DNA of 64,000 nt. It comes from Lama guanicoe (taxonomy: Eukaryota). The notes beneath the pieces were generated by a model. The model did no database searches. It was given only the letters and a program-made list of their open reading frames with translations, and had not been told where the DNA came from. The DNA is taken from NCBI GenBank assembly GCA_013239625.1, contig MU053881.1:9013957-9077956 (forward strand), given 5' to 3'. The position numbers and the translations under genes are program-made. Of this stretch, positions 11,331 to 23,973 are shown piece after piece. How positions within the stretch are numbered: the first letter of the stretch is position 1; every line of letters starts with the position of its first letter.

Positions 11331-13149
11331 AATCAAGATTTGTCTTGATCCTTAATCTTGCAGAACAAAGCCCGAGGTATCAACTTCTGGCTGAATTCTA
11401 TCAGGCGCCTTTCACGAGGCCTTAGACCTGGTAACTGCAGTCAAAGGGAGGTTTTTGCCTTGGCAGTATCCCAATTGTGTTTGCCCAGGTAAGACAGGGA
11501 TCGAGTAGAACACGGAATAGAAAAGGAATGCGAGAGATGCGTGACATTGTTTCTCGAAGATTGGCTGAGCTGAGGCACAAAGCCACCGGGAATAGAAATG
11601 GGAAATCCTAGCAGAAGGAGAATTGAAGTTATATAGAAAAGGAGACTGAAGGGAAGTAGAGTCGACAAAAAGTCAATTGGCTGCACCATCCACAAGCACC
11701 AGGAGAAGCATTCTATCAGGTATGCGTGCGCAAGGTTTCCCAAGTTCCATTCGGTGGATTTCAGAAGCTGCTGTCTCTGCTGAAATGCCAGTGGCCTCGA
11801 ATTTCTGAGATCACAATTATTTGCACAAGTTTCTGCTCTCCTGTCTCTGTAACCCCGTGTGACTGAATAAACAAAGAGAAGGCGCTAGCTGGAAAGACAA
11901 AGATAGAGATTTGGGAAGTTACTGTTGATTCAGAAAGGAGATTTCTCGGCAAAGGGGTGGTGAAATGGAAACGGGAGAAATTCATGCACATCCAGGTAAA
12001 GGCAGCTGCCATCCTGCTTCGGGAGCGCAGGGAGCAACCCGGCAGACCTCTGGACCAGCACACCTCACTAATGAAACGCTGCAGAAAGCCCTGCAGCTGC
12101 TCAGCGTCCCAGGGAGCATCTTAGCAAGTTCTCACGTAGAGCAATGACTATTTCCAAGAGACAAAAGGGTAGGAGAGGGTCACCAGAAATCGCTCACTGC
12201 GCTTTGCCAGAGGACGACAGTAGGGGTAGCGGGAAAAAAAATTCCTCTTGTTTCTACTCTGTCATTTCACTGCTCAAGAGCACGTCTCAGTGAAGCAATT
12301 GGAAGAGGAAAGAACAGAAAACATCAGTAAAATGGGGTAGAAGGCGGTCCTTTCCTTTACGGGGTTTCACCAGTTACCCGATTCTGAGCTGTGGGGCAGA
12401 GCTGGGGGCGGGGGTAAGTTTTGACTATTACGTTTGTGGAAATACGATCTTTCTTACTGCCCTGACCGCCGCATTCCCCAAATCAGTCACCGCCAAGGGA
12501 GGTGTACGTGGATGGATGTTCCCAGTGAGCAGGGTGGAAACTGGGAGAATTTACCAGCTTTTCCCTATTTGGGAAGTTGCTTAAAGTGGCTTAAAAGTGG
12601 CTATTCAGGAAAGATACTGGGGCAGAGACTTTTGCCTCCCCAGGTCTCTGATGTGAACAGAACTGGAATCCCACCAAGGGAAAGACAGCGAGACTTGGGG
12701 TCCCTGCTTTCTCTCCCCGGGCGTTTAAGAGAATTACTGAAGCTTACTGCTCTTGATCAGACAGAATAGCCAGAAGGAGGATTTCCATTCTGGTCTGCTT
12801 TCTGCCGGATCATAGAGTGCCTCAGTGACTCCAACTCCTTCATTGTGTTGGCTGAAGAACTGAGGGCCAGAAATAGCTCCGAACGACAGAGCTAACCTAT
12901 GACCTCGCCCCGGCCAGAGCGCCATCCCTGGCCCGCTGGCCTAACCCCGCCCTCCTTTCCCTACCCGAGGGCGCACGTGAGGGAGGGGGAATGGCATCCC
13001 AGGGAATACCCTTAATTCATTTGCATGGAGGATTTATGTCCATTGTTTTCAAATTTGTCCACTTTGGTGTGAGCCAATTTCCTGTGAAATCTTTCCTTCT
13101 GTTGACAGCATTCTACCTTGTTATCTGAGGTAACAAATTCCCCCAGTGG

Positions 13150-13470
13150 CACAGAATGTGACTACCACGGGAAATAAGGCTTTTTAAGAGGTGATTAAGT
13201 TAAAATGAAGCTATTAAGAGGGGCCCCCATCCAATCTGACACGTGTCCTTCTAAGAAGAGGAAATTTGCACAGAGAGCGAGCGAGCGAGCAGGGATGCAC
13301 ACACAGAGGAAGAGGCCACATGAGGACACAAGAGAAAACAAGCAACATCTGCAAGAGCAGGAGAGAGGTCCAGGAGAACCCAGCCCTGCCAACAACTTTA
13401 TCTCAGAGCTCTGGCCTCCAGAACTGTGGGACAGAAATTCCGTTGATCATAGCAGCCCTGCAGAACTGTT
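13150..13470 (+). mobile_element. MaLR LTR (MLT1B-like)
   Basis: 'cagaatgtgact...aagaggtgattaagttaaaatgaag...tccaatctgac...gtccttctaagaagaggaaattt...tctggcctccagaactgtg'. Confidence 0.9.
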
Positions 13471-13529
13471 ACAATTCCTTTTTATCAATTTGTATCGAGC
13501 ACTTACTTCATGCCAAATCTGTTCAAGAC

Positions 13530-14030
13530 AATAAAGAAGCTGTGGTATATGTATACAGTGGAATACTACTCAGCCATGAAAAAGAATCAAATAGTGCCAC
13601 TTGCAGGAACGTGGATGGACCTGGAGAATGTCATTCTAAGTGAAGTCAGCCAGAAAGAAAAAGAAAAATCCCATATGATATCACTCACATGTGGAATCTA
13701 AGAAAAGACAAACTTATTTGCAAAACTGAAACAGACTCTCGGGCATACAGAACAAACGTGTGGTTACCGGGGTTGCTGGGGGAGGAGGGTGGGAGGGCAT
13801 AAATTGGGAGTTAAGAGATTTGCAGATACTAACTGATATGTATAGAAGAGATAAACAACAAATTCATGCTGTATAGCGCACGGAACTATATTCGGTATCT
13901 GTGAGTAACTTATGGTGAAAAAGAATAAGAAAATGAATATATGTATGTTCATGTATGACTGAAGCATGTGCTGCACACCAGAAAGTGATGTAACATTGTA
14001 AACTGACTCTACTTCAACAAAAATATACAT
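13530..14030 (+). mobile_element. 5'-truncated artiodactyl/camelid L1 (ORF2 C-terminus + 3'UTR), inserted into an L2 fragment
   Basis: Translation KKLWYMYTVEYYSAMKKNQIVPLAGTWMDLENVILSEVSQ is the L1 ORF2 C-terminus. Antisense L2-like sequence lies on both sides (13480-13525 and 14035-14100). Confidence 0.95.
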
Positions 14031-17000
14031 ACACGACAGAAAAGAAGAGTCCACGTTTCTGTCATGCCTTCATGGGACATAAGTCTTGCAAGGGGAAAGT
14101 CATTCAATACGTGATCCGACTCATGATTACTTAGGGTTGCAGTCAGTCTCCTAAAAGCAAATCACCTAGCACAAGGAGTCACTCTCCTAAGAGGTGAGAG
14201 GGCACCACTAGTGTGCAAACACAGGTCTGACACACCTCAGCCTCTCACTTGATGTTCCAACTGTCCCTAACGCCACTTTCTCACTCGCTCTATGAGCAAT
14301 TAGAATTTCACACCACCCGAAGCTGCCACCGCGCTACTGCACTGCCGGGTAGGAAGAGGTCATGCGGAGCAATCTGGCTTCTGAGTGGAGAGTCCCCTGC
14401 CACCCAAGCACCTGCCCAAGAGCCAGGAACCCCGTGAGGCCTGTGACAGGGTGCTCCAAGGATGCTGAAAAATAAGAACAAAATCATCCTAGTAACCCCA
14501 AAGAGGAGGCAAATTGGAGCCAGGCGTTCGGAATGAAAGGTTCGATTAACAGCTGCAGCCACCACTGCTGGGCCTCGCTTGGGTCCCTCTGACCCCACAG
14601 GGACCTGGATCAGCAGAGCGCCCTCACGAGGCTGTCAGGAAAAGAATCTCCTGGCTTGGAGGTGGCCCCGTTCATTCTTACGGGGGCTGCCTTCCTTTGT
14701 TTTGGTCTTACATTCTGCTTTGCCCTAAAGGGACAGGAAGAGCCCTGAGAGGGCAGGGACAGTTCCCTTGGGTACCTACTAGGTGCTGCCCAGAGCATCC
14801 TCCCAGTGCGGGGGCAGTGCTACATCACCAGCCCTGGAACAACTGCCATGACCGCCAAGCTCTTAATTACAAGGAGGCTCCACGTGTCATCTGTCTGCCT
14901 CCTGCTCGTGTGTCTGGACTCCCTAGCAGGGCTGCAGGTCCCCCAGAGGGTGGCATCCCCTGCAGGACCGGACCCTCAGCAGGAACACATTAAACACTTA
15001 TTGGGTTGAAATGAAGGAGAAGATTGCGTGCAACTGGCAGCCTCCCAGCTGGGTTCTCTCTTTCCTGGGAGGTACCAGCACGGACCTTCTGAAGCAGCAG
15101 CCAAACAGGTAAGCCTCTGCCAGAGCCAGAAGAGGGATGCTGGACTCCGGGGCTGGCGCCCGGGCTCTTCTGGGCTGGTACTGCTCAGTAGCCGCGGGCA
15201 CTGTGACAGGCGTGTTCTGACCTGAGGAGGGAGGCTTCCCACCTCCCAGGGAAATGTCTTCCTCCGCAAGAACCACAGAAGCTTTGCAGGGGCTCAGCAC
15301 ATGAGTCCGGCGTCCAGAGCACCAGTGTTTCAGAACCGTCCATTTAAGATGCTTTGATGCACTGGCTCTTGAAACAGGCTAAGTACCCAGAGGTTAACTA
15401 ATGAACGTAAAAATAGGCCGTGACGGGGAGTGACAGTACTTGTCTTTCTGGAAGGCAGGAGGGCTGAATTAAAATCCCAGGTGTGACAGGGATGGCTTCT
15501 GTGGCCTTGGGCAAATCTCGGGAACTCAGCTTCACTTTCGATGCCATTCAGGAGGGAGACCGGTGCTTCCCTGCAGCCAGGTCTCCGAGACGTGGAGCCA
15601 GCCTCGCTCGCTGTGGCTGGGGAAGGCGGGCGTCCTCCCCCGCAACCCACCGTGGGGCTGCTTCGGCCCCTCCCTCCGGCCTCCTGCTTCCTTTTGGCAT
15701 TTCTCTTCGCTTCAAGGCCTTGAGATTTCAACAACACTCCTCGAGATCTCTCTGGGGATGACCTCACCTGGAAGGATGCATTTCAGGGACCCCCTTCCTC
15801 TCTTCCAACATGCCTTCCTTCAGCACCTCCAGCCTTTCCTGGGCCCTGACTCTGTACAGGTCCTGGGTGATTGGCTGCGAATCCGACACATGTATTGCAG
15901 CCGAATTTTTAAGGTTTTCTAATAGCTTTACATTTTTCTCTGAGAAGACAGCATCTTTTACCGAGACCTTGAATATCTTAACCCAAAGAAACGAGTGATC
16001 CAGGATTTGTAAACTGCTTTGACAAAATAAATACTTTGATATCTACCTATCTATCTATGCATGTTGCATTTTTGGCTCCTTTAAAATCATGGACTGTAGG
16101 CAGATGGCTCTTTTGTGTTCAAATTCCTTTTGGTGAGAAGCAGAAATAGATAATTTCCAAGTTCCTTTGGCAACATTCCTCACATCTATCTGTTCTTTTC
16201 TCTCCTTCCCTGCCAGATTATAAGCACCACGCGTGCAGCCCAGATCTTAACCCCTACAAGACCCCTGCCCAGGTGCCCAGTGGGTAGCTGATGAATTGAT
16301 CCAGACTGCTCTCCAGACGTTCTTTTTTCCCCCCACTCTGGACGTTCTTGGTCAACAGATCTCATATCAAGTCCAACACTTCTTTTTTTTTTTTAAAAAA
16401 AATCTGCTAAGTGTTTCTAATGATGAGAAGGTTTTTGTTTATCAACTTGCATTTATTTAGTATTGATTTTCTAACTAAAGGAAAACTCACTGATTTTATA
16501 ACCAAGAGGAACTTGACATTTGAGTTAGCCTGTGCTGAGAAAGCTTTCCCTTCGGTTTTCTGGAACACTGAAACGACCTTGGGTACCCTGCTGCAGTTTG
16601 GTTCATCTATAAATATTGAGACTCCAACATGACAAGTGGCGGGTAGAGATTCTCCTTCTATATATTACAGCAAGCTGGACTGTCATTTTCAGACACATTG
16701 GATGCGGTGGCCACAGTGTGAATGCTGTGGAACTTCAAGGCAACTGTGTTCTCTGTGATGATTCTTTTTCTTTATATATTAATGTTTGTTGTCTCTCTAA
16801 GACCCCGAAGAGAGCCAGATGCACAATGGACATACCTGGTTAATTTGTCTGCACCACACTAAGCATGCATGTGCTTGGATACCCTGTTTGACTGGCATTT
16901 TCAATCTTTGTTGAGATAGCCCAATGCCACTTCAGACTGAAAAAAAGTGAGGCATCTTCTGACCAGTTTTGAAGGATAAAAACTGGGTGTATGCATTGTG

Positions 17001-17759
17001 GAGACAAACAGTTGGAGGGAGGGAGGGAGAGGAGGAGGGGAGTGAACAGAACTGATTTTTGCCATCACCTCTGCTGCATGCATCTTCTCTGCCCTACAAA
17101 AGAGGGCAGTAGGTCAAGCTCGGTGTTTAATTGCCCCTGTATTCTTAAGGGTGCAGTACCGATTATGCTAATCGTCCCACTTAAATAATTCAGGCCGCAT
17201 TACTGAAAGCTGCAGAGTCACTCCGAATAATGCAGACAGAGCACACGGAGCAGCGAAGGAAATCACATGAGCGGTGTCTGTCTGGCCTAAGGATGAAAGG
17301 ATGAGACAGAGCATTCTTTCCTTTAACCAGCCTGGTTGTTATTAACCACAATGATTGATATTTATAGTATATGATCTTTTCGCTTGCTTTTTAGATTTTA
17401 CTGACTGTGCACATTTGCTGTTGGGAGTGAAGGACTATTTCTCATACCATTTTGTAAATGGCCTTCAAGATGAGACATGGGTCTTGTTATGTGAGTCTAC
17501 CAAATCTTACCGATGGCGTGACAGATGAGGTGATAGGAAAAATAAGAATTATGATTAAAACCCCGAAGAGCTATGAACACTGTTCATGCCCTGCCTCAGC
17601 AAACAGGATATCCAGGTTTCCGTTTGGCACTGTAATTCATCCCCCACAAGTGCTTCCTAAAGTTACGGAAAGTCTCCAAAGGCCACCAGCACACGGTGCA
17701 AAGACCGTCTCTCCAGAGCCGGACGCTAAGCACGGGGCAGTCTAAGTGAGGTCGCAAGT

Positions 17760-17910
17760 GGGACAACCCTGGGGTCAAGTTCCCGCCCCGCTCCTCACTA
17801 GGTGTTGAGATGTGACCTTGGACAAGCCTCTGCCTTTCTGAACCTTCATTTCCCCTCACATGGAAAATGGAAGGACGAGTCCGTCCCCGCATTCTGTGGA
17901 AGTCACGTAC
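17760..17910 (+). mobile_element. MIR SINE
   Basis: MIR core 'tgtgaccttggacaagcctctgcctttctgaaccttcatttcccctcacatggaaaatgg'. Confidence 0.85.
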
Positions 17911-18272
17911 GCGGGGCAGCTGCCGCGGGCACCGTCCCCACGTGGCGGTGCCTTCTCTGAAGCTGCACTAGGATTCTTGTGGATCCACTGGGCAGCGAAC
18001 AAGGAAATGCTGACTTTGGGACAACTTGGACAGTTTTCTGGTCTTAAGCAGAGAACCACAGGGCCTTCTGTTTAAAAGAAAAAAATGTGCTTACATTAGC
18101 AGCTACACGTGGAAACATATGTAAGACAGATCATCAGCTTGTTAGAAACCAGACTTGGGAATGCAGGGGACAAGCATTCTGCTCAAGCCTTTCCTCTCCT
18201 TGTGTGATTTCAGGACACTTCTTAACTCCTTTGGACCACAGCTTTCTCGCATGTAACACGGAAGCCTTGCAA

Positions 18273-18483
18273 CAGAGGTGGTAAGCTGGTGCTGGCTGTT
18301 ACGGGCTTGTGGGGTCCAATGGTTGCATCTTTTCTTAAGTCCATGTTCAGCAGTACCACACTGCTAGCTTGAAACTGGCCACGGTGAGAATGTTCACACC
18401 ATGCACATCAGATTGTCAAATGCTACGCACCAGTCCCAGCTCACGCCCCCAGGGCCCGTTACCCATTTACCAGCACAGCACTG
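18273..18483 (+). mobile_element. hAT DNA transposon fossil (MER63-like)
   Basis: Internal 'tagcttgaaactggccacggtgagaatgttcacacca' and terminus 'catttaccagcacagcactg'. Confidence 0.8.
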
Positions 18484-21400
18484 ACTAGCCCTGTTCTATC
18501 AGAAGCAACCACATTTAGTTCCTTGATCTTATACTACGTTGGCTTGCGCTCTTACAGCGGTAGCAGGTCATCAGAACCAAAAATGGCTAATGGAGTAGCT
18601 TCACCAGCTGGCATCTTTGGACGGCAAGCGATGGAAAACGTGACTCAATGATCCTGAATAATCAAGGAAGAGAGCTTAGAAAGGAGTCTAGAAATAGGAC
18701 AGGTTTCAGAGAGGGTTTAATTCAAAGGCTTGGAACTCGGCTTAACATTTCTTTGAGATTCTTTTAGCTCGCCCGTTTTTTTGAGGGCCCACTTTATCTT
18801 TAGGCTGGCTTCTCTCCGAGCAGCTAAAACTGGCTGCAGCAGCATCTGCCCGCATGTCTTTATATCCCACTGGCTTACGCCGAGCCGCTTCATCCCAGCG
18901 TTCTCATTAAGAGCCCTGAGAGGCTGACTGGCTGGCCCAGCTTAGGTCAATGACCACGTGGCTACGAGGACAGAACCGCCAGGCAGGCATAGCCTCCGTC
19001 GTGGCTTCCTCCCCTGTATCCCCAGACAGACAAGGGGGTGAGGAAACCTGACAGCTGCTGGGGGGAGTGGCCAGCACGTGTCCACCACTGGGTGGGGATA
19101 CACCTTTCTCTCTGGCACCAGCTAGCCAACTTTAGGAAGCAAACCAAGCAGATGCTAGGGTTAAAGAACACTGTGGGAAGTTATTTCCCCCACCCCTTAT
19201 ACTCCAGAAAAATATTTCCTGATGGGAAAAATGAAAACCTGATGTCAAAAAATTCAAACTAATGGAGAGTTTTCACTATGGACCGAGTACCACCCACATC
19301 ACTCCATAATGAAGTGAAAACTTGACATTGTTAATGTGCTCAGTTACCTGCAACCTTACACAGCCAGAAATGAACAAGGAAGCATCTTCCATTTCAAGGC
19401 TCCGAGTTTCAGCACCAGTTTGTCATATCTGGCACATCTACAGCCTGTTTGTAAATCGGAAAGATTGGTTCAGAGCTTCTCCATTCAATGATGGAATAAC
19501 ATTTTCTTGGAAACTCGAACCATGTCATCTATCTCTGTCACAAAATCGTCCGGGCACAATAAAGTGAAGTGTCACTACATGTCACTAATGAGAAATGTTC
19601 TCGTCCCCCTAACACCTCCAGCCAGGACACAGTAAGAAAGTGGCAGATGTGGATCTGACCAACAAACTCCAAAAGCTTGACGGAAATTCAAAAAAGCAAA
19701 CTGTCAACCACTTGGCAGCAAGAAAAAAAAAATTCTTATCATCTTTTGCGTTTTCTTGAAAACAATAATGTATTCAGTTCTTTTTTTTCCCCTCCATAAT
19801 TGATCTTAAATCGCATCTCATTGACTAAACAGGGCCCTAAGTGTAAATTTTACACTTTCCAAACCCTCAGATGCACTTAAGTTTTACATAATGGACGCTG
19901 CATTCACAAGGGACACATTTCTCCCTGGACAGCTTTAAAAAAAAAACTGAAAGAAATTTAATTAAAATAAGCACAAACACAGTAATGGCCTGGTGATTTT
20001 TATAGATCCTGCTCCTGGCTCTCCTAGGTGCTGCTAACGACCATCGGAGGAAAACTAGATACAAAAATACCTCCCGTATCTGGAATTCAACTGTCTTACA
20101 ATTTTGGGGATTCAGAGCTCAGTTTCTAAGCAGCAGGCAAGTTTTAAAAGTGACCTCTTAGCAGGCAAAGTAGACGTCACAAAATCCAAGACTCTGCTGG
20201 CTTTTTCTTCCTTAGGCAAGTACAGTCCTTGTTCATATACTGTTTAATCTTGATTTGCACATAATGTTCTCATGTATGGCTACCAAATTTCCCAAACCTG
20301 AACAAATTAGAAGCAGGCTATTAGGGAAGAGAAGAGGAGATACTGAAACCAAAAATGCTACAACAGAAGTGAAAAGTTGATATTTATTTGTTTAACAAAT
20401 ATTTAATGAGCACCTACTACATTGTGACAAAGTAACAGCATGAAAGCAACATTATACAAAGAAACAAAGACATAAAATCTCATCAAAGGCAGTAGTCTGG
20501 GGCCATTTAGGAGACAAGCAAATAGCCTTAAATATCTCAAAAAAGTTCTGAGAAATCGATGCTTTAGCAACTGCCCAGAGTCCATGAAAAGAGGTTCATT
20601 TATACCTAATACAATTGAGGAAGGCAGAAGCAAAATAATATGCTTATTTTGAAATGACGAAATAGGTCAAATAAAAAATATGTTTGGTATGAAGAAAATT
20701 AAGCTACTAATGATGATGTTTTTCTTGAAGGTCTGGAAGGCTGAGATGTCCCCTATTCTGACCTGGTTTGACCGTTAGGAAGTTCAGAGTACAATAAAGA
20801 TCAAAAACTAACCTGGTGTAGACCTCAAAAAGCTGGAGAAGTGATCATGCACTTGATAAAAGATGTTCTCAGAGCACAGAACCAGGAAAATCTCTCTCAG
20901 CAGGTGCCAGCAAATTTCAGCTCCATGAAACACACGAAACTAATTGAGGCAAACATCTTCCATGTTGTACAAATCTACTGATACAGCTAAAAATGGAACT
21001 TTTCCTCTTAAAATCGGCCAAAACACGTCTAGAGGGTAAGAATCCATTTTAGTTAACTGGCATGGGGTTTTCATTGGATGTTTTGATATCAAGAGTGAAG
21101 GATTATTTGCACCTTCCAACGCTGGAGCCATTAGCGGCACACTGTCCTCGTGTAGCGAGCGGAACTAAGGATGCTTCTATCCAAAGAACCCTCGGATCCA
21201 CACAGAAATCAGAGTGGCCATGTTCCAACAGTGTGTGGACGGTCTTATAGCTGAACAGACAATTTTGCTATGAGAAGTATTATCTCAAAACCGTTAGGAA
21301 TCTAAGTACGTTAGTACGCTTATTGCTCTGCTGTCCGCGTTGCATGAATTCAGTAGAGGGAATGACAATTTGAACAGCCAGTTTGGCCAATCCCTCTGGG

Positions 21401-23973
21401 GGAAAATACAAGTTTAGTCTGCTAAGAGAGTTTATTTCACTAATTTTTGGTCCCAGTGATTAAAAAGGGCAGCTTTTGCTCACAGGTGATTGGACTGATA
21501 CAATGAATACCTTTAGTATTAATCATAGAAGTTTGTGGAACAAACCCCAAATAATTCCAGTGTGAGCAAAGGAAACTTAAATAGATGAAACGTGTCCCTG
21601 ATGGTTTGGTTCCAGAATGACGGGGGAGTGGGGTGGGAGGGGGAAAGAGCACTGTGTCCTATCATGTAATAAAGAAACAGTACCATCTATTATCACAAAA
21701 AGCCCTGGAAATTACTCATGATCCACCACCTACAATGATCACTTTCAAATGCTGAATGACGCGAAGAGCAGGTGTTTACGGAAAAACTGAAATGTGAGGC
21801 TCTTTTCTGGTTTCCAAAGCTAATGACTCAAATATCATGCAGGAAGAAATGAGCTTAGAGCTCCAGAGCATTACTCACACCTTTACCTTCACAGCCTTCG
21901 TCGAAACGATCCCGCTGTCCCTGGCTGACCTCAATTCTGTAAATTGCATAAGTGACCAAAAATTCCCTTCCCTCCAACTATTTGGAAACCACCAGGTACT
22001 CTTCATAAATAGGTTTCTGTCGTCTGCTCCAACGAGCACATCGCCACCGCAGGAACAGAGTTCCTAGCAGTGCCGGTGGAAGGCTACTGAGAAGACAACG
22101 GATTTTGAGGTTGTGTCATGGCCAGGGTTACTCCCAAGGTAGAGAAACTGAGAAATTCAGACCCGTAAGAACACCGTCTTCCCAATGGAATGCCATGCTT
22201 CTTGCTATCAAGAGCGGAGAGATGTCTTTATAATCTCAAAATCCCTTTTCTGAAAGGGATGGTGGAAGACACGTCACGGAGCTGCTTACTGCCAGCCAGA
22301 AAATGACCTTCACTGAGGAGAAAGATTCTGTGACTTCCTCTTAAGTGTTCAATTTAAATTTCTATCCCTAAACAAAACCGACGTTTGACAAACTGGAACG
22401 GAAATCCAACCGATTCAAAAACAGGGCCTAACAAAATACTCACAAACCCTCCCCTGGGCCTAGGCAGGTCGTTACTACTTCCCCAGGGACATTTTCTCAA
22501 CTACAGGAGAAAACGGATTGTTTAAACAATATTATTTAACAATCTCCTGTTAATTGACATTTCCCAGTTGTTGGGTTCACCCAATTACACTCGCCTCTCA
22601 ACAGCCAGCACACTTCCCTAATTTTTAATAAAAATGGTCATTCTGCAAGGTTTAACTTGCTAAATAAGGGTATTCATTTCAATAAAGCAATTAACACATT
22701 TACATAATTTGATATTGTTATTTTAATAGAACGCTAGAGCTTTAAAACGGCCGTTTCTGATGCAGGCAGAACAGTGGCGCATTCACATGCAAAAACTAAA
22801 CTTTAGCTCCCTGATAAAAAGTTAATAATGATTAGCTCTTTGTGTTTTAGACAGAAGTGAAATTAGAGAGTTACGGGGTTTGGAAGCCTAACATCTAGAC
22901 AAGGAGCCAGTGGAGGGGGAGGAAGGGAGAGGAGGAGATCTCTTGGAGGAATACTAGGAGGCCGCTTAGAGGTGGAGAACGGTACCTGGGTTTTCAGTGA
23001 TGCTTTTATGATCAAGCGGTTCGGTGAATGTGGGGGCACTGAGAACGCTGTTCCGTCAAGAGCACAAGGGAAAGGTAACAAAAAGTAAATAAAGCAAAGT
23101 GGACTCGTCCCTGAAAAGACGCTGCCAAGGGTAGATATTTGTTGAAACGGCAAGCATTTGCCTTCCTGATGAGCATGCCCACATTTGAACATGACCTGGG
23201 TCTCTTCCTGACAAGCGCGTGGCGGTATCAACGTGGCCAGCCTGGCCTTGGCTGCACAGCTTTCTTTCTTGGCCCTCCTCCTCGGGGCCAGGGGCCGGGC
23301 GTTCTCGGGAGCCCCTGTGGTTCCCGCTTGGTCCAGGAGCTCATTTTTGTTGGGGGAAGGGGAGGGGCGGGTGGTATGCAGACCAACAGGGCTTCAGACT
23401 TCTAGGCTGTATTTGAAGCACAGAATGAACCACACACTGCCTCAGACACTCCACTAAAAATTAGGAAAACGTATCTAATGCTTATGTGCAGTCAGGGCTG
23501 AGAATCCTTGACAAAGACAACGGAGGAAGGGAGGGGAGGCAGTTTGACTTCTCAGCCTCCTTGAGATAAATCTTGCCAAAATCCAGGGGTGGGGAATAAA
23601 CTGGGAGTGGAAGAAGAATTTTAGGAATATGAACAGTATACACAAAGGGCTTCCATCACGACATTGGCCCTGGTTCTCCCTCGTTAACTCAGCTTCCTCC
23701 TTTTCAAGTCATCTAGGTTTGAAACGGTTACCTGGCACGTTACCTGGAGCCAGAGAGTTAACACAGCCTACAAATACTGCCGAGATAAGCTAAGTGACAC
23801 TCCCAGGGCTTCAGAGCAAGTTCCCAATGGGAAACGAATATGCAGCACCATCCTCGGCACAAAATGTGTTCCCAAAATATTAGAAGCATCTTAATTCAAA
23901 CCGTGTCCAGTGATGTTGAAAAGTCTGGGAATCAGGGTATGAGCAAGCACGTATCTATGTTGTAAGAGTTGAG

